A DNA stretch of 64,000 nt from Myxococcales bacterium (lineage in GTDB: Bacteria; Desulfobacterota; Binatia; HRBIN30). Of the stretch, positions 41,705 through 51,475 are shown one piece after another; positions within the stretch are counted from its first letter, which is position 1; the number at the start of each line of letters is the position of its first letter. Location of the stretch: the NCBI GenBank assembly GCA_037445065.1, contig JBBILD010000007.1, positions 32,001 through 96,000 of the forward strand, written 5' to 3'. The position numbers and the translations under genes were made by a program. The notes under the pieces were generated by a model. It was not told the origin of the DNA and did no database searches. It saw only the letters and a list, made by a program, of their open reading frames with translations.

Positions 41705-43162
41705 ATGTTGAAGATTCCTGCTAAGGGACGGAGCAAAGAGGAAATCCTGCGCGACCTCGAATCGTTTCGCGCCAACGATGTGGATTGGCGCAGCGGGCGC
41801 ACCTGGGCGTACGTGTACGATCCCGGACCGGAAGCCGAAGAGGTCATCAAGCAAGCCTACATGATGTACCTTTCCGAAAACGGCCTCGACCCAACCGCCT
41901 TTCCCAGCGCGCTGCGCCTGGAGACGGAGCTGGTTGCGATGGCGGCCAGTCACTTGCGCGGCGATGAGAACGTGGTCGGCAATTTCACCTCTGGTGGCAC
42001 CGAGAGCATTTTGCTGGCGGTCAAAACCGCGCGCGACTGGGCACGCGCCCATCGGCCGCAAGTCAGCGAGCCGGAGATCGTGCTTCCGGTCACTGCCCAC
42101 GCCGCGTTCCAAAAAGCAGCGCACTATTTTTGCGTGAAGCCGGTGCTGGTGCCAGTAGACCCGGTTACGTTCCGCGCCGACCCGGCCGCCATGGAGAGGG
42201 CCATCACACCGAACACCATCCTACTGGTCGGGTCTGCCGTGTCCTACGCACACGGGGTGGTGGATCCGATCCGCGAACTCGGAGAGATTGCCCAGCGGCA
42301 CGGCAAGATGTTCCATGTTGACGCATGCATGGGGGGCTTTCTCCTGCCCTATTTCCGCCGCCTCGGAGCCCCCGTGCCCGACTTCGAGTTTCACGTACCC
42401 GGGGTAACGTCGATCTCCATGGACTTTCACAAATACGCCTTTGCCGCCAAAGGCGCCTCGGTCATCCTCTATCGCAATGCCGAGCTGCGCCAGTATCAGA
42501 TTTTTACCTGTGCCTCGTGGACTGGCTACACGGTGGTGAACCCCACGGTGCAGAGCACCAAGTCAGCCGGGCCGCTGGCCGCCGCGTGGGCAGTCCTGAA
42601 TTTCTTCGGCGACGAGGGATACCTACGCATTGCACGCACGGTGCTGGAGGCCACCCGCTATCTGGCGAGCGAGATCGAGAAAATCCCCGGTTTGCGTCTC
42701 CTCGGAAAGCCGGACATGAACCTGATCGCCTTTACCTCGGATGAGGTGAACGTGTTTCACATCATGGACGAGATGAAGGCGCGTGGCTGGTACGTGCAAC
42801 CACAACTCGGGTACCTCGGATCGAAAGAAAACATCCACCTGTCGGTCAATCCGGCCAACGTGCGCTGGACCGAAGCGCTGCTTGCCGATCTGCGCGAGTG
42901 CGTGGAAGCGGCGCGCAAGGCGGCGAATGACGAGGCGGGCGCCCTCAAGGCGCTGTTGGATCAGGTGGACATTGACAAACTCAGCGCCGAGGAAATCCGG
43001 CAAATGCTGGCCTTTGCCGGCATCTCCGGCAGCTCGCTCCCGCAGCGCATGGCGAGCATTAGCACGCTCTTGAACTCCTTGCCACCAAAGTGGGCGGAAA
43101 AACTGCTCACTGCGTACATCAACGACCTCTACCGCTACCGCGAAGGTGGGGCGGGCACCTGA
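41705..43162 (+). CDS. PLP-dependent group II decarboxylase, sphingosine-1-phosphate lyase-like
   Basis: Motifs TSGGTESI, AHAAFQKAA, HVDACMGG and SISMDFHKY (PLP lysine); GGAGG SD; TTGACA at 41634. Confidence 0.88.
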   Translation: MLKIPAKGRSKEEILRDLESFRANDVDWRSGRTWAYVYDPGPEAEEVIKQAYMMYLSENGLDPTAFPSALRLETELVAMAASHLRGDENVVGNFTSGGTESILLAVKTARDWARAHRPQVSEPEIVLPVTAHAAFQKAAHYFCVKPVLVPVDPVTFRADPAAMERAITPNTILLVGSAVSYAHGVVDPIRELGEIAQRHGKMFHVDACMGGFLLPYFRRLGAPVPDFEFHVPGVTSISMDFHKYAFAAKGASVILYRNAELRQYQIFTCASWTGYTVVNPTVQSTKSAGPLAAAWAVLNFFGDEGYLRIARTVLEATRYLASEIEKIPGLRLLGKPDMNLIAFTSDEVNVFHIMDEMKARGWYVQPQLGYLGSKENIHLSVNPANVRWTEALLADLRECVEAARKAANDEAGALKALLDQVDIDKLSAEEIRQMLAFAGISGSSLPQRMASISTLLNSLPPKWAEKLLTAYINDLYRYREGGAGT

Positions 43163-43178
43163 GCAACGAGGAAACCAC

Positions 43179-44633
43179 ATGTGGCGAGTCACCGGTTTGC
43201 TCCTCCTGGCAGTGGCCCTCTTTATGGGCCTGCTCGCGATGCGCGCCGAGCACCTGTCCTCGCGCCAGCCCGTGCCGCTCGCTGTGGAAGCGATCAGCCT
43301 CGACCGGGAGCGGGCGCTCGAGCGCTTTGCCGGAGCGATCCGCATCCCCACAATTTCGGACAGCGAAGAGGGTCCGGTACGCGGAGAGGAGTTCAGCCGC
43401 CTGCACGAGTACCTGGCCGCTAGCTTTCCGCTCGTGCACGCAGGTTTGAAGCGCGAGGTCGTGGGTGGTCACTCCCTGCTCTACACCTGGACGGGGCGTG
43501 ATCCGCGCCTTCCTCCGGTCGTTTTGATCGCTCACATGGACGTGGTTCCTGTGGAGCCTGGTACAGAGGCAAAATGGACCCACCCGCCGTTTGCCGGAGT
43601 GGTGGCGGACGGGTTCGTGTGGGGGCGCGGCGCACTCGACGACAAGATCGGCGTGCTCTCGCTCTTGGAGGCGGCCGAGTGGCTGCTGGGACGCGGCTTC
43701 GTGCCGGCCAGAACGCTCTACTTTGCCTTCGGGCACGACGAAGAGGTGGGGGGCGACAACGGCGCGCTGCGCATTGCCGAGGAACTAGCGGCGCGCGGCG
43801 TGCGGGCAGAGTTTGTGCTGGACGAAGGCGGCTCGCTCATTCGTGACTTTTTGCCTGGCCTATCCGGCCCGGTGGCCTGCGTCGGGATCGCGGAAAAAGG
43901 CAGCGTGGCGGTACGGCTGGAAGTGCGCGCCGAGGGCGGGCACTCCTCTTCACCCCCGCCTCATAGCACCATTGGGCTGTTGGCCCGAGCCCTGACCCGC
44001 ATCGAGGAGCGCCCCATGCCTGCCAAACTGGTGGCTCCGATGCAGGCACTGCTGGAATGGTTGGCGCCGGAGCTTTCGTGGTCGTACCGCTTGGTGTTGG
44101 CCAACTTGTGGCTGAGCAAGCCACTGTTGTTGCGGTTAATGCAGGGCCATGCGGCGACCAACGCGGCAGTTCGCACCACCGCCGCAGTCACCATGGCTGG
44201 CGGTGGGGTGAAGGAAAACGTGCTGCCCTCGTCGGCCTGGGCGGTCGTGAACTATCGCATTTTGCCTGGCGATACGATCGAGCAGGTGCTCGAACACGTG
44301 CGCAAAGTGGTGGATGATCCGGCAGTACAGGTCGAAGCCTTGCCGAGGGGACGCGAGGCCTCAGCGGTCTCCTCGCCCATGCACCCGTCGTTTCAGCAAC
44401 TTGCCGCCTTGATTCGCGCCGTCTTCCCAGACTCGGTGGTCGCGCCCTACCTGACCATCGGCGGAACCGATGTGCGCCACTACCAGCGCATCAGTGATCA
44501 GTTGTACCGGCTCACGCCCATCGTGGTGGAGCGCAGCGATCTGGCGCGCTTGCATGGCACGGACGAGCGGGTCAGCGTCGAGAACTACCTGCGCGCAATC
44601 GAGTTCTACGTACACTTGATGCAGCGGCTCTGA
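43179..44633 (+). CDS. M20 metallopeptidase (carboxypeptidase S / PM20D1-like), exported
   Basis: Motifs AHMDVVP, GRGALDDK, GHDEE, LDEGG, GGHSS, GGTD and HGTDE; N-terminal signal or anchor. Confidence 0.9.
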   Translation: MWRVTGLLLLAVALFMGLLAMRAEHLSSRQPVPLAVEAISLDRERALERFAGAIRIPTISDSEEGPVRGEEFSRLHEYLAASFPLVHAGLKREVVGGHSLLYTWTGRDPRLPPVVLIAHMDVVPVEPGTEAKWTHPPFAGVVADGFVWGRGALDDKIGVLSLLEAAEWLLGRGFVPARTLYFAFGHDEEVGGDNGALRIAEELAARGVRAEFVLDEGGSLIRDFLPGLSGPVACVGIAEKGSVAVRLEVRAEGGHSSSPPPHSTIGLLARALTRIEERPMPAKLVAPMQALLEWLAPELSWSYRLVLANLWLSKPLLLRLMQGHAATNAAVRTTAAVTMAGGGVKENVLPSSAWAVVNYRILPGDTIEQVLEHVRKVVDDPAVQVEALPRGREASAVSSPMHPSFQQLAALIRAVFPDSVVAPYLTIGGTDVRHYQRISDQLYRLTPIVVERSDLARLHGTDERVSVENYLRAIEFYVHLMQRL

Positions 44634-44944
44634 GCGGGCGTTCGAGCAGCAGCGCGGCAGCTAGCAACCCGATGGCCGAAGGCGAGCTTCGGCTCCTGTT
44701 CCCCGCGCGAGCCGCTACCCAGTTTGGGCTGTGCTGGTACGGGTGCGAACGCGCGCAGGGAGACACTCGGCCGGAGGCGGGAAAACACAGAGTCTCCGTG
44801 TGGTACCGGGGGGGTGAGGAGTGGGAGCGAGGGGATCGTATGAGAGAGATCACGGGCCAGAGTAGGTGCACCGGGATCGGGCCCTCGCGGTACACCAACA
44901 GGGCAAGCAGCGGCGGGCAATAAAAATAAGGAAAGGGCTGGGGG

Positions 44945-44973
44945 TTGCCTGGAAGCGAAAATTTGGCGAAAAT
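44945..44973 (+). promoter_or_regulatory. imuA promoter overlapped by a direct repeat (candidate LexA box)
   Basis: TTGCCT -35 at 44945-44950; GCGAAAAT-ttg-GCGAAAAT at 44955-44973. Confidence 0.55.
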
Positions 44974-44981
44974 CAGGGACC

Positions 44982-45755
44982 ATGCAGTTCCTGTCCGTGG
45001 CTTCCCCAGTACCCGATCTAGCTTCTAGCCCCGGCGGCCAACCAAGCGGGCCGAACAAGCTCCAGCAGGCTGGGAAGGCACCTGCCCCAGCAGTTCCGTT
45101 GTTTCCGGGGCTGCGGCGAGGAAGCGCCAGCGAACCTCTGGCGCGCCTGTCCTCTGGCTGCCCTGCCGTAGATGCACTGCTCGGTGGTGGGTGGCCACGC
45201 GGGCGAATCAGCGAGTTGTGCGGCCCCCGTTCGAGTGGGCGCACTGCTTTGGCGTTGCATACTGCAGCGACCGTGACGCGCAGCGGCGGGTTTGTGGCTT
45301 GGGTAGACGGAGCCGATACCCTCTCCCCTCTTTCCCTTGCCTGGTCTGGGGCCATCTTGTCGCAAATCTACTGGGTGCGCCCGCCGGATTTCCGAGTCAG
45401 TCTGCGCTGCGCGGAATTGTTACTGCAGAGCACGGGCTTTTCCCTGCTCGTGCTCGACTGCGGCGATACGCCCCCGCGCCTTTCCAGCTCTGCACCCTGG
45501 ATACGATTGCAGCGCGCCGCCGAGCAAGCAGGCGCCGCTCTGTTGCTTCTCTCCCCCCGTGCCCTAGCGGGCAGCTTCACAGCTCTGCGCTTGCGCCTCG
45601 AACGGCGCCGCCCGTACTGGCAAGGAGGCGCCTGGCCGCTGTTTCTCGGGTGGGAAAGTACGGGGGTTATCGAGCGCAACAAGCTCGGCAGGGAGGGAAA
45701 ACGCCTCTTGCTTCCGGTGCGTACCTTCGAGCGCCTCACTCCGGGTGGCGCATGA
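44982..45755 (+). CDS. imuA: RecA-like mutasome accessory protein ImuA
   Basis: SSGCPAVDALLGGGWPRGRISELCG, degenerate Walker A SSGRT, VAWVDG and LLVLD; first gene of the imu cassette. Confidence 0.88.
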   Translation: MQFLSVASPVPDLASSPGGQPSGPNKLQQAGKAPAPAVPLFPGLRRGSASEPLARLSSGCPAVDALLGGGWPRGRISELCGPRSSGRTALALHTAATVTRSGGFVAWVDGADTLSPLSLAWSGAILSQIYWVRPPDFRVSLRCAELLLQSTGFSLLVLDCGDTPPRLSSSAPWIRLQRAAEQAGAALLLLSPRALAGSFTALRLRLERRRPYWQGGAWPLFLGWESTGVIERNKLGREGKRLLLPVRTFERLTPGGA

Positions 45756-45777
45756 GGCCAGCGCAGGAGGGGCGGGA

Positions 45778-47265
45778 ATGCCAGTGGCGTGTTTGTACGT
45801 ACCCGATTTCCCACTTGCTGCTTGGATTCGCGCCCAGCCGGAACTCGGAGAAGCACGTCTTGCCATCGCCCGCACGAGCGGGGCGCAGGCAGAACTCGTG
45901 GCTGTCTCCGCTGCGGCCCGCCAGCGTGGGGTCCTGCCAGGCATGCGCGCCGCGCAGGCGTGGAGTCTGGATCCATCGCTCCTGATTCGCCCCCTTTCGC
46001 CTGCCTTGCTAGCGAGCGCACAAGCTGCCTTAGCGGACTGTGCTGCCTCGTTTTCCCCTTGCGTGGAAGATGCTGGCGATGGCGTGGTGTATCTGGATTT
46101 GCAGGGGCTCATCGGCACCTTGTTTCCCTCGCTGCGCGCTCTGGTCACGGCACTGACCCAGCGTGCAGCGCGCTTCGGGCTTCCTGCACGGGTCGGCGTC
46201 GCGAGAACCAAGCTGGCTGCCCGCTTAGCGGCACGCCAAGGGGACGGGGTCACCCTGCTTGCGCCCCACGAGGAAAGCGAGTTCCTCGCCGCGCTTCCGA
46301 TCGCAGTGCTGCAGCCGAGCGAAGCAGTGGCCGCCACGCTGCAGCGGTGGGGCATTGCCACCCTCGGGCAGCTCGCTGCCCTGCCCGCAGCAGGAGTGGG
46401 AAGCCGGTTGGGTCCGGAAGGAGTCGCGTTGTGGCGCCAGGCACGAGGCGAAGATCCCCATCCTCTGGTGCCCCGCCCGCAACCCGTTTTTTTCGAGGAG
46501 GGGATTGACCTCGACTACGGGGTGGAATCGCTCGAGCCGTTCGCGTTTGTCTTGCGCGGACTCCTCGAGCGCCTCACCACCCGCCTCGCTGCACAAGGAT
46601 GGCTGTGCAGCGCTTTGCACCTGCGCTTGCGCCTGGCCATGCGGCAGCGGGAAGAACACACGCTGCCGGTCGCGTGGCCGCACAACGAAGTCAAGCCTTT
46701 GCTCGCTTTGCTTCGCTTTCACCTCGAGCAGCATCCGCCCCAGGCCCCGATCGAAGGCGTGGTGCTGCGCGCCCTGCCCCATCCGGCACGCCCACTCCAG
46801 CTCGACCTCTTTCGCTCTGCCGGACCCACGGCAACCACCTGGGGGGCCACGCTGACCCAAGTGCTCGCCCTGTGCGGCCCGCAACGGTGCGGCACACCCG
46901 GCGTGCTCGCCTCGCACCGCCCGCAAGCGCATTGCCTCGGCGCGTTTGACCCGATCCAGACTGCGCGCACCACAGCTCCGGCAACCCCGGTGGCTTCCTT
47001 CCCGGTGCTGGCGCTCCGCCACTGGCGGCCACCGCGCCCGGTGGAGGTGTTTTGCGATCGCGACCGGCCCGATTTCGTGCGTGGCGAGGGCGTGGGCGGA
47101 CGCGTGGTGAGCTACGCCGGCCCGTGGCGTTTGCAAGGCGAGTGGTGGCAGGCCGATGCCTACGACCGCACGTACTACGACGTGCACCTGAGCGATGGCG
47201 GTATTTACCGGGTGTACCGTGAAGAGCCGGCAAACCAATGGTTCGTAGAAGGCGTGTACGACTGA
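45778..47265 (+). CDS. imuB: Inactive Y-family polymerase ImuB
   Basis: ACLYVPDFPL, GVLPGM, QLDLF clamp-binding motif, C-terminal GPWRLQGEWW..RTYY..GVYD. Confidence 0.92.
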   Translation: MPVACLYVPDFPLAAWIRAQPELGEARLAIARTSGAQAELVAVSAAARQRGVLPGMRAAQAWSLDPSLLIRPLSPALLASAQAALADCAASFSPCVEDAGDGVVYLDLQGLIGTLFPSLRALVTALTQRAARFGLPARVGVARTKLAARLAARQGDGVTLLAPHEESEFLAALPIAVLQPSEAVAATLQRWGIATLGQLAALPAAGVGSRLGPEGVALWRQARGEDPHPLVPRPQPVFFEEGIDLDYGVESLEPFAFVLRGLLERLTTRLAAQGWLCSALHLRLRLAMRQREEHTLPVAWPHNEVKPLLALLRFHLEQHPPQAPIEGVVLRALPHPARPLQLDLFRSAGPTATTWGATLTQVLALCGPQRCGTPGVLASHRPQAHCLGAFDPIQTARTTAPATPVASFPVLALRHWRPPRPVEVFCDRDRPDFVRGEGVGGRVVSYAGPWRLQGEWWQADAYDRTYYDVHLSDGGIYRVYREEPANQWFVEGVYD

Positions 47266-47301
47266 TGATGCGCACCCGAACGAACGCGAGCGAGACCTAA
47301 A

Positions 47302-50300
47302 ATGCCGTACGTCGAGCTGCGCGCCCATTCTGCTTTCGATTTCCTGCGTGCGGCCTCGCTCCCGGAGGACTTGGTCGAACGCGCTGCAGCCCTCGGCTAT
47401 CGCACGCTAGCACTCGCCGACCGCGACGGCGTCTACGGCGCCCCTCGCTTCCACATGGCCGCCCGCACTGCAGGCGTGCGTGCCTTGGTCGGGTGTGAAC
47501 TGAGCTTGCACCTCCCTTCACCACCCGTTGCGCCAGCCACTGCTCCCCCGCCACTTCCATCCTTGTACGTGCTGGTGCAAAACCGCACCGGCTATCGCAA
47601 CTTGTGCCGCACCATCACAGCCGCCAAGCGAACGGCTCCAAAAGGAGAGTCCCATCTTGGCTGGGAGCAGCTCGAAAGCAACACCGAGGGGCTCATCTGC
47701 CTGGTACGCGATCTGCTGCTCTTTCCGCCGCCAGCAGAGTCGCCCACTTCCCTGCTCGAGCGGTTGCAGCGCTTGTTCCCGGGGCGCCTGTATCTCGAAC
47801 TGCAGCGCCACTTCGACGAACAAGAGGAGCGCGCCAATCGCTACTTGCTGGCGCTGGCCAGCGCCTTTGGCCTGCCGGTGGTAGCCACCAACGAGGTACG
47901 GCACACGACGCCGCGGGGGCGCGCACTGCTCGACGTCCTCACCTGCATTCGCCACCACACCACGCTCGACGATGCGGGATGGCTCCTGGCACGCAATGCC
48001 GAGCGCCACCTCAAGGCACCGGGTGAAATGGCAGCCTTATTTCGCGACCTGCCCGCAGCCATCCACAATACCGAGCGCATTGCCGAGCAATGTGAGTTCA
48101 CCCTGGCCGATCTTGGCTACCGCTTTCCCGACTACCCATTGCCGCCCGGCGAAAGCGCGATGGCCCACCTGCGCGAGCTGGTTTACCGCGGGGCCCGCGA
48201 GCGCTACCGCACCCTCACCCCCGCCGTGCGACGCCAGCTCGAGCACGAGTTGCAGGTGATCGGCAAGCTCGACCTGGCGGGATACTTTCTGATCGTCTGG
48301 GACATTGTGCGGTTTTGCCGCGAGCAGGGCATCCTGGCACAAGGGCGCGGCTCGGCAGCGAACAGTGCCGTGTGTTACGCACTGGGGATCACCGCCGTCG
48401 ATCCGGTAGGAATGGAGTTGCTGTTCGAGCGCTTCCTTTCCGAGGAGCGAGGCGAGTGGCCGGATATCGACATTGACCTGCCCAGCGGCGAGCAGCGCGA
48501 GCGCGTGATCCAGTATGTCTACCAGCACTACGGGCCGCACGGTGCGGCGATGACCGCCAATGTGATCACCTACCGCTTGCGCAGTGCCGTACGCGAAGTC
48601 GGGAAAGTCCTCGGACTTGTCCCCGAGCAAGTAGATCGGCTGGCGCGCCTCCTGCACCGCTTCGAGTTCCGCGACCCGCGCGACGATCTGCTGCCGCAAC
48701 TTCCGGCTGCCGGGCTCGACCCCACCGCGCCGCGCGTCCGCTGGTTCGCTCAGTGCGTGCGTGCAATCCTGCACCTGCCCCGCCACCTAGGCCAGCATTC
48801 TGGAGGCATGATCATCGCTGCTGGGCGCCTGGACGAAATCGTGCCCCTCGAGCCAGCGCGCATGCCCGGGCGGGTGGTGGTACAGTGGGACAAAGACGAT
48901 TGCGCTGACCTGGGCATCATCAAAGTGGACCTGCTCGGCTTGGGCATGATGGCGGTCCTCGAAGACGCCATCCCGCTCATCCGCCAGCACGAAGGCGTGG
49001 AGATCGATCTTGCCCACCTGCCCGCCAACGATGCAAAAACCTACGAGCAACTCCAGCGCGCCGACACCATCGGTGTGTTCCAAGTGGAAAGCCGCGCCCA
49101 AATGGCCACCCTCCCTCGCTTGCGCCCGCGCTGTTTCTACGACCTGGTCGTGGAAGTAGCGCTCATCCGCCCCGGGCCCATCGTGGGGCAAATGGTGCAC
49201 CCGTACTTGCGCCGGCGCGCCGGGCGGGAACCGATCACGTATCCTCACCCCTCGCTCGAACCAATCTTGCGGCGCACGCTCGGGGTGCCGCTGTTTCAAG
49301 AACAGCTGTTGCGCATTGCCATGACCGTCGCTGGCTTTTCCGGTGGCGAAGCGGAAGAGCTGCGCCGCGCCATGGGCTTCAAGCGCTCCCTGGAACGCAT
49401 GCGAGCCATCGAAGCTCGCCTGCGTCAGGGCATGGCAGAGCGCGGAATTACCGGCGACACTGCCGAGCAAATCGTCCGCAGCATCACCTCGTTTGCCCTG
49501 TATGGTTTTCCAGAGTCACACGCGGCCAGCTTTGCTCTGCTGGCGTATGCCTCTGCGTACCTCAAAGCCCACCACCCGGCAGCCTTTGCCTGCGCCTTAC
49601 TCAATCACTGGCCGATGGGATTTTACCACCCTGCCACAATCGTGAAGGATGCCCAGCGCCACGGCGTGCGCGTGCTGCCCATGGATGTCACTCGCTCGCG
49701 CTGGGAGTGTACGTTGGAGCGTGCCGCGCCCGGCCAGCCGTTGTGCCTGCGCCTGGGTTTGCGCTTCGTTGCCGGGTTGCGCAGCGCGGCGGCCGAGCAA
49801 CTCGTGCGCGAGCGCGAACAAAGCCCGTTTCGTTCGCTCGAAGATTTGGTGCGCCGCTGCGCGTTACGCAGCGAAGAACTCGAACGCCTGGCTGAGATCG
49901 GCGCCTTCGCCTCCTTCGGCCACACCCGCCGTGCAGCCCTCTGGCAAGTGACAGGAATCGCGCGCGGGCCGCTCTTTAGCAAATCCGCTTCATCGGCAGA
50001 GCACACCCACCGGCAAGATCGCACAGAAGCAAGCCCGCTTGCGGACATGAGCGCGTGGGAACGCACGCTTGCAGACTACCGCGGAACCGGGCTCACCGTC
50101 GGCCCGCATTTGCTGGCCCACTTGCGCTCCTATCTCGACCAGCGTGGTGTAGTACGGGCCCAGCAGCTCGCCACTCTCGCCAACGGGCAGTGGGTGCGGG
50201 TGGCAGGTTTGGTCATTGTCCGGCAACGTCCCGGCACAGCAAAGGGCTTTTGCTTTCTGACCTTGGAAGACGAAACCGGCATTGCCAACGCTGTTCTCTC

Positions 50301-50490
50301 CCCCACCCTTTTCGATCGCTATCGCACCCTCGTTCACACCGCTCCCCTGCTGCTCGCGGAAGGCCCGCTGCAAAAGGTGGACGGGGTCATTCACGTACGC
50401 GCCCAGCGCTTGACGGCTCTCGCCCTCCCCCGCCCGCGTCTTACGCAGCGGGGGCGCGGCTACCGCATGCGCTTGACCCCAGAGGAATAG
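47302..50490 (+). CDS. dnaE2: Error-prone DNA polymerase DnaE2 (ImuC)
   Basis: PHP domain, GRGSAANS, PDIDID, KVDLLGLGM, GFPESH and OB-fold VRQRPGTAKG. Confidence 0.97.
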   Translation: MPYVELRAHSAFDFLRAASLPEDLVERAAALGYRTLALADRDGVYGAPRFHMAARTAGVRALVGCELSLHLPSPPVAPATAPPPLPSLYVLVQNRTGYRNLCRTITAAKRTAPKGESHLGWEQLESNTEGLICLVRDLLLFPPPAESPTSLLERLQRLFPGRLYLELQRHFDEQEERANRYLLALASAFGLPVVATNEVRHTTPRGRALLDVLTCIRHHTTLDDAGWLLARNAERHLKAPGEMAALFRDLPAAIHNTERIAEQCEFTLADLGYRFPDYPLPPGESAMAHLRELVYRGARERYRTLTPAVRRQLEHELQVIGKLDLAGYFLIVWDIVRFCREQGILAQGRGSAANSAVCYALGITAVDPVGMELLFERFLSEERGEWPDIDIDLPSGEQRERVIQYVYQHYGPHGAAMTANVITYRLRSAVREVGKVLGLVPEQVDRLARLLHRFEFRDPRDDLLPQLPAAGLDPTAPRVRWFAQCVRAILHLPRHLGQHSGGMIIAAGRLDEIVPLEPARMPGRVVVQWDKDDCADLGIIKVDLLGLGMMAVLEDAIPLIRQHEGVEIDLAHLPANDAKTYEQLQRADTIGVFQVESRAQMATLPRLRPRCFYDLVVEVALIRPGPIVGQMVHPYLRRRAGREPITYPHPSLEPILRRTLGVPLFQEQLLRIAMTVAGFSGGEAEELRRAMGFKRSLERMRAIEARLRQGMAERGITGDTAEQIVRSITSFALYGFPESHAASFALLAYASAYLKAHHPAAFACALLNHWPMGFYHPATIVKDAQRHGVRVLPMDVTRSRWECTLERAAPGQPLCLRLGLRFVAGLRSAAAEQLVREREQSPFRSLEDLVRRCALRSEELERLAEIGAFASFGHTRRAALWQVTGIARGPLFSKSASSAEHTHRQDRTEASPLADMSAWERTLADYRGTGLTVGPHLLAHLRSYLDQRGVVRAQQLATLANGQWVRVAGLVIVRQRPGTAKGFCFLTLEDETGIANAVLSPTLFDRYRTLVHTAPLLLAEGPLQKVDGVIHVRAQRLTALALPRPRLTQRGRGYRMRLTPEE

Positions 50491-50563
50491 GCGCTGCCGA
50501 CAGGAGCTCGCTCTCGCAACGCCTCCCCAGCCCCCATCTCAGGGCAGAACCCGGGGCGAGGCG

Positions 50564-51475
50564 TCAACGGGAAGATGAAGCGGACTCGGCCCGCTTGCGC
50601 ACGAACGCAAGCCAGTTCGCGATCTCGCGGCGGCGCACGGAATCATCGAGCAAAGTGCGGTCGGCCCCCAACTCCTGCGCCGCTTCGGCGCACCCCGGGT
50701 CTCGGTGCAAAGCTTCGCACGCAGCCACGAAACGCTCGACTGCCGCTTCGCTCGCAAAGCGGCGCTGCCGCAACAGCTCCTCGGCGCGAAACACACACAA
50801 GCGCGCGATCTCGTGAAAGTCGTACTCCGGATGGTACTGCACGCCCCAAAACGGCGCCGGTGTCTCCAGCGCGAGGGCCTGCACCGGCGAGTACAGGTTG
50901 GCAGCAAGCCACTGCGCTCCCTCGGGGAGCGTGACCACGTGGTCCGCGTGGCTCGTGAAGGCAAGAAAGGCCGCAGGTTTGCGCGTGTACATGGGGTGCT
51001 CGACGGCTGCAGCCAGCAACTGAATGGGCTGTGCGATCCCGAATTCCCGCCCCACGGGATGGGCTGCACAACGCCCGCCAAAGGCCACCGTGGCCAGTTG
51101 TACTCCCCAGCAACTCCCGAACTGCGGGACGCCACGGGCCGCGGCTGCGCGAACCAATTCGATCTGCCGCTGCACGCGCGGGTCCTGGTCGTGGTACACC
51201 GTGAGGCTCGAACCGGTCCACACCACCCCGCCGTAGCGCTCGAGTTCCCCGCCGCTGGGAAGCGGGCAATCCAAGTCGGCTGCGCACACCACGTCCACCG
51301 CCACGTCTGCGGCAAGTCGCAGGAGAACCCAGCGCCACAGCTCTCCTGCCTCGCTGGCGCCTGCCTCACGCAGGCGCTGGCGCACCTCGCGCGGGTACGC
51401 CTCGCATACCAAGATCGCCAGGCCCTGGCTGCGTCTTGCCGCCAACAACTTGCCCTCAGCGCGGCATGTCGCCAC
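50564..51475 (-). CDS. Class I glutamine amidotransferase-like protein
   Basis: WTGS, GSCWG (catalytic Cys) and GVQYHPE (His-Glu). Confidence 0.85.
   Translation of the reverse strand: MATCRAEGKLLAARRSQGLAILVCEAYPREVRQRLREAGASEAGELWRWVLLRLAADVAVDVVCAADLDCPLPSGGELERYGGVVWTGSSLTVYHDQDPRVQRQIELVRAAAARGVPQFGSCWGVQLATVAFGGRCAAHPVGREFGIAQPIQLLAAAVEHPMYTRKPAAFLAFTSHADHVVTLPEGAQWLAANLYSPVQALALETPAPFWGVQYHPEYDFHEIARLCVFRAEELLRQRRFASEAAVERFVAACEALHRDPGCAEAAQELGADRTLLDDSVRRREIANWLAFVRKRAESASSSR

Noticed and set aside
44672..44923. 83-aa ORF before imuA as a possible lexA remnant
   Set aside because: No HTH or S24 peptidase motifs and no SD.
44982..50490. imuA-imuB-dnaE2 as a novel system
   Set aside because: Well-described mutasome cassette; only its operator is notable.
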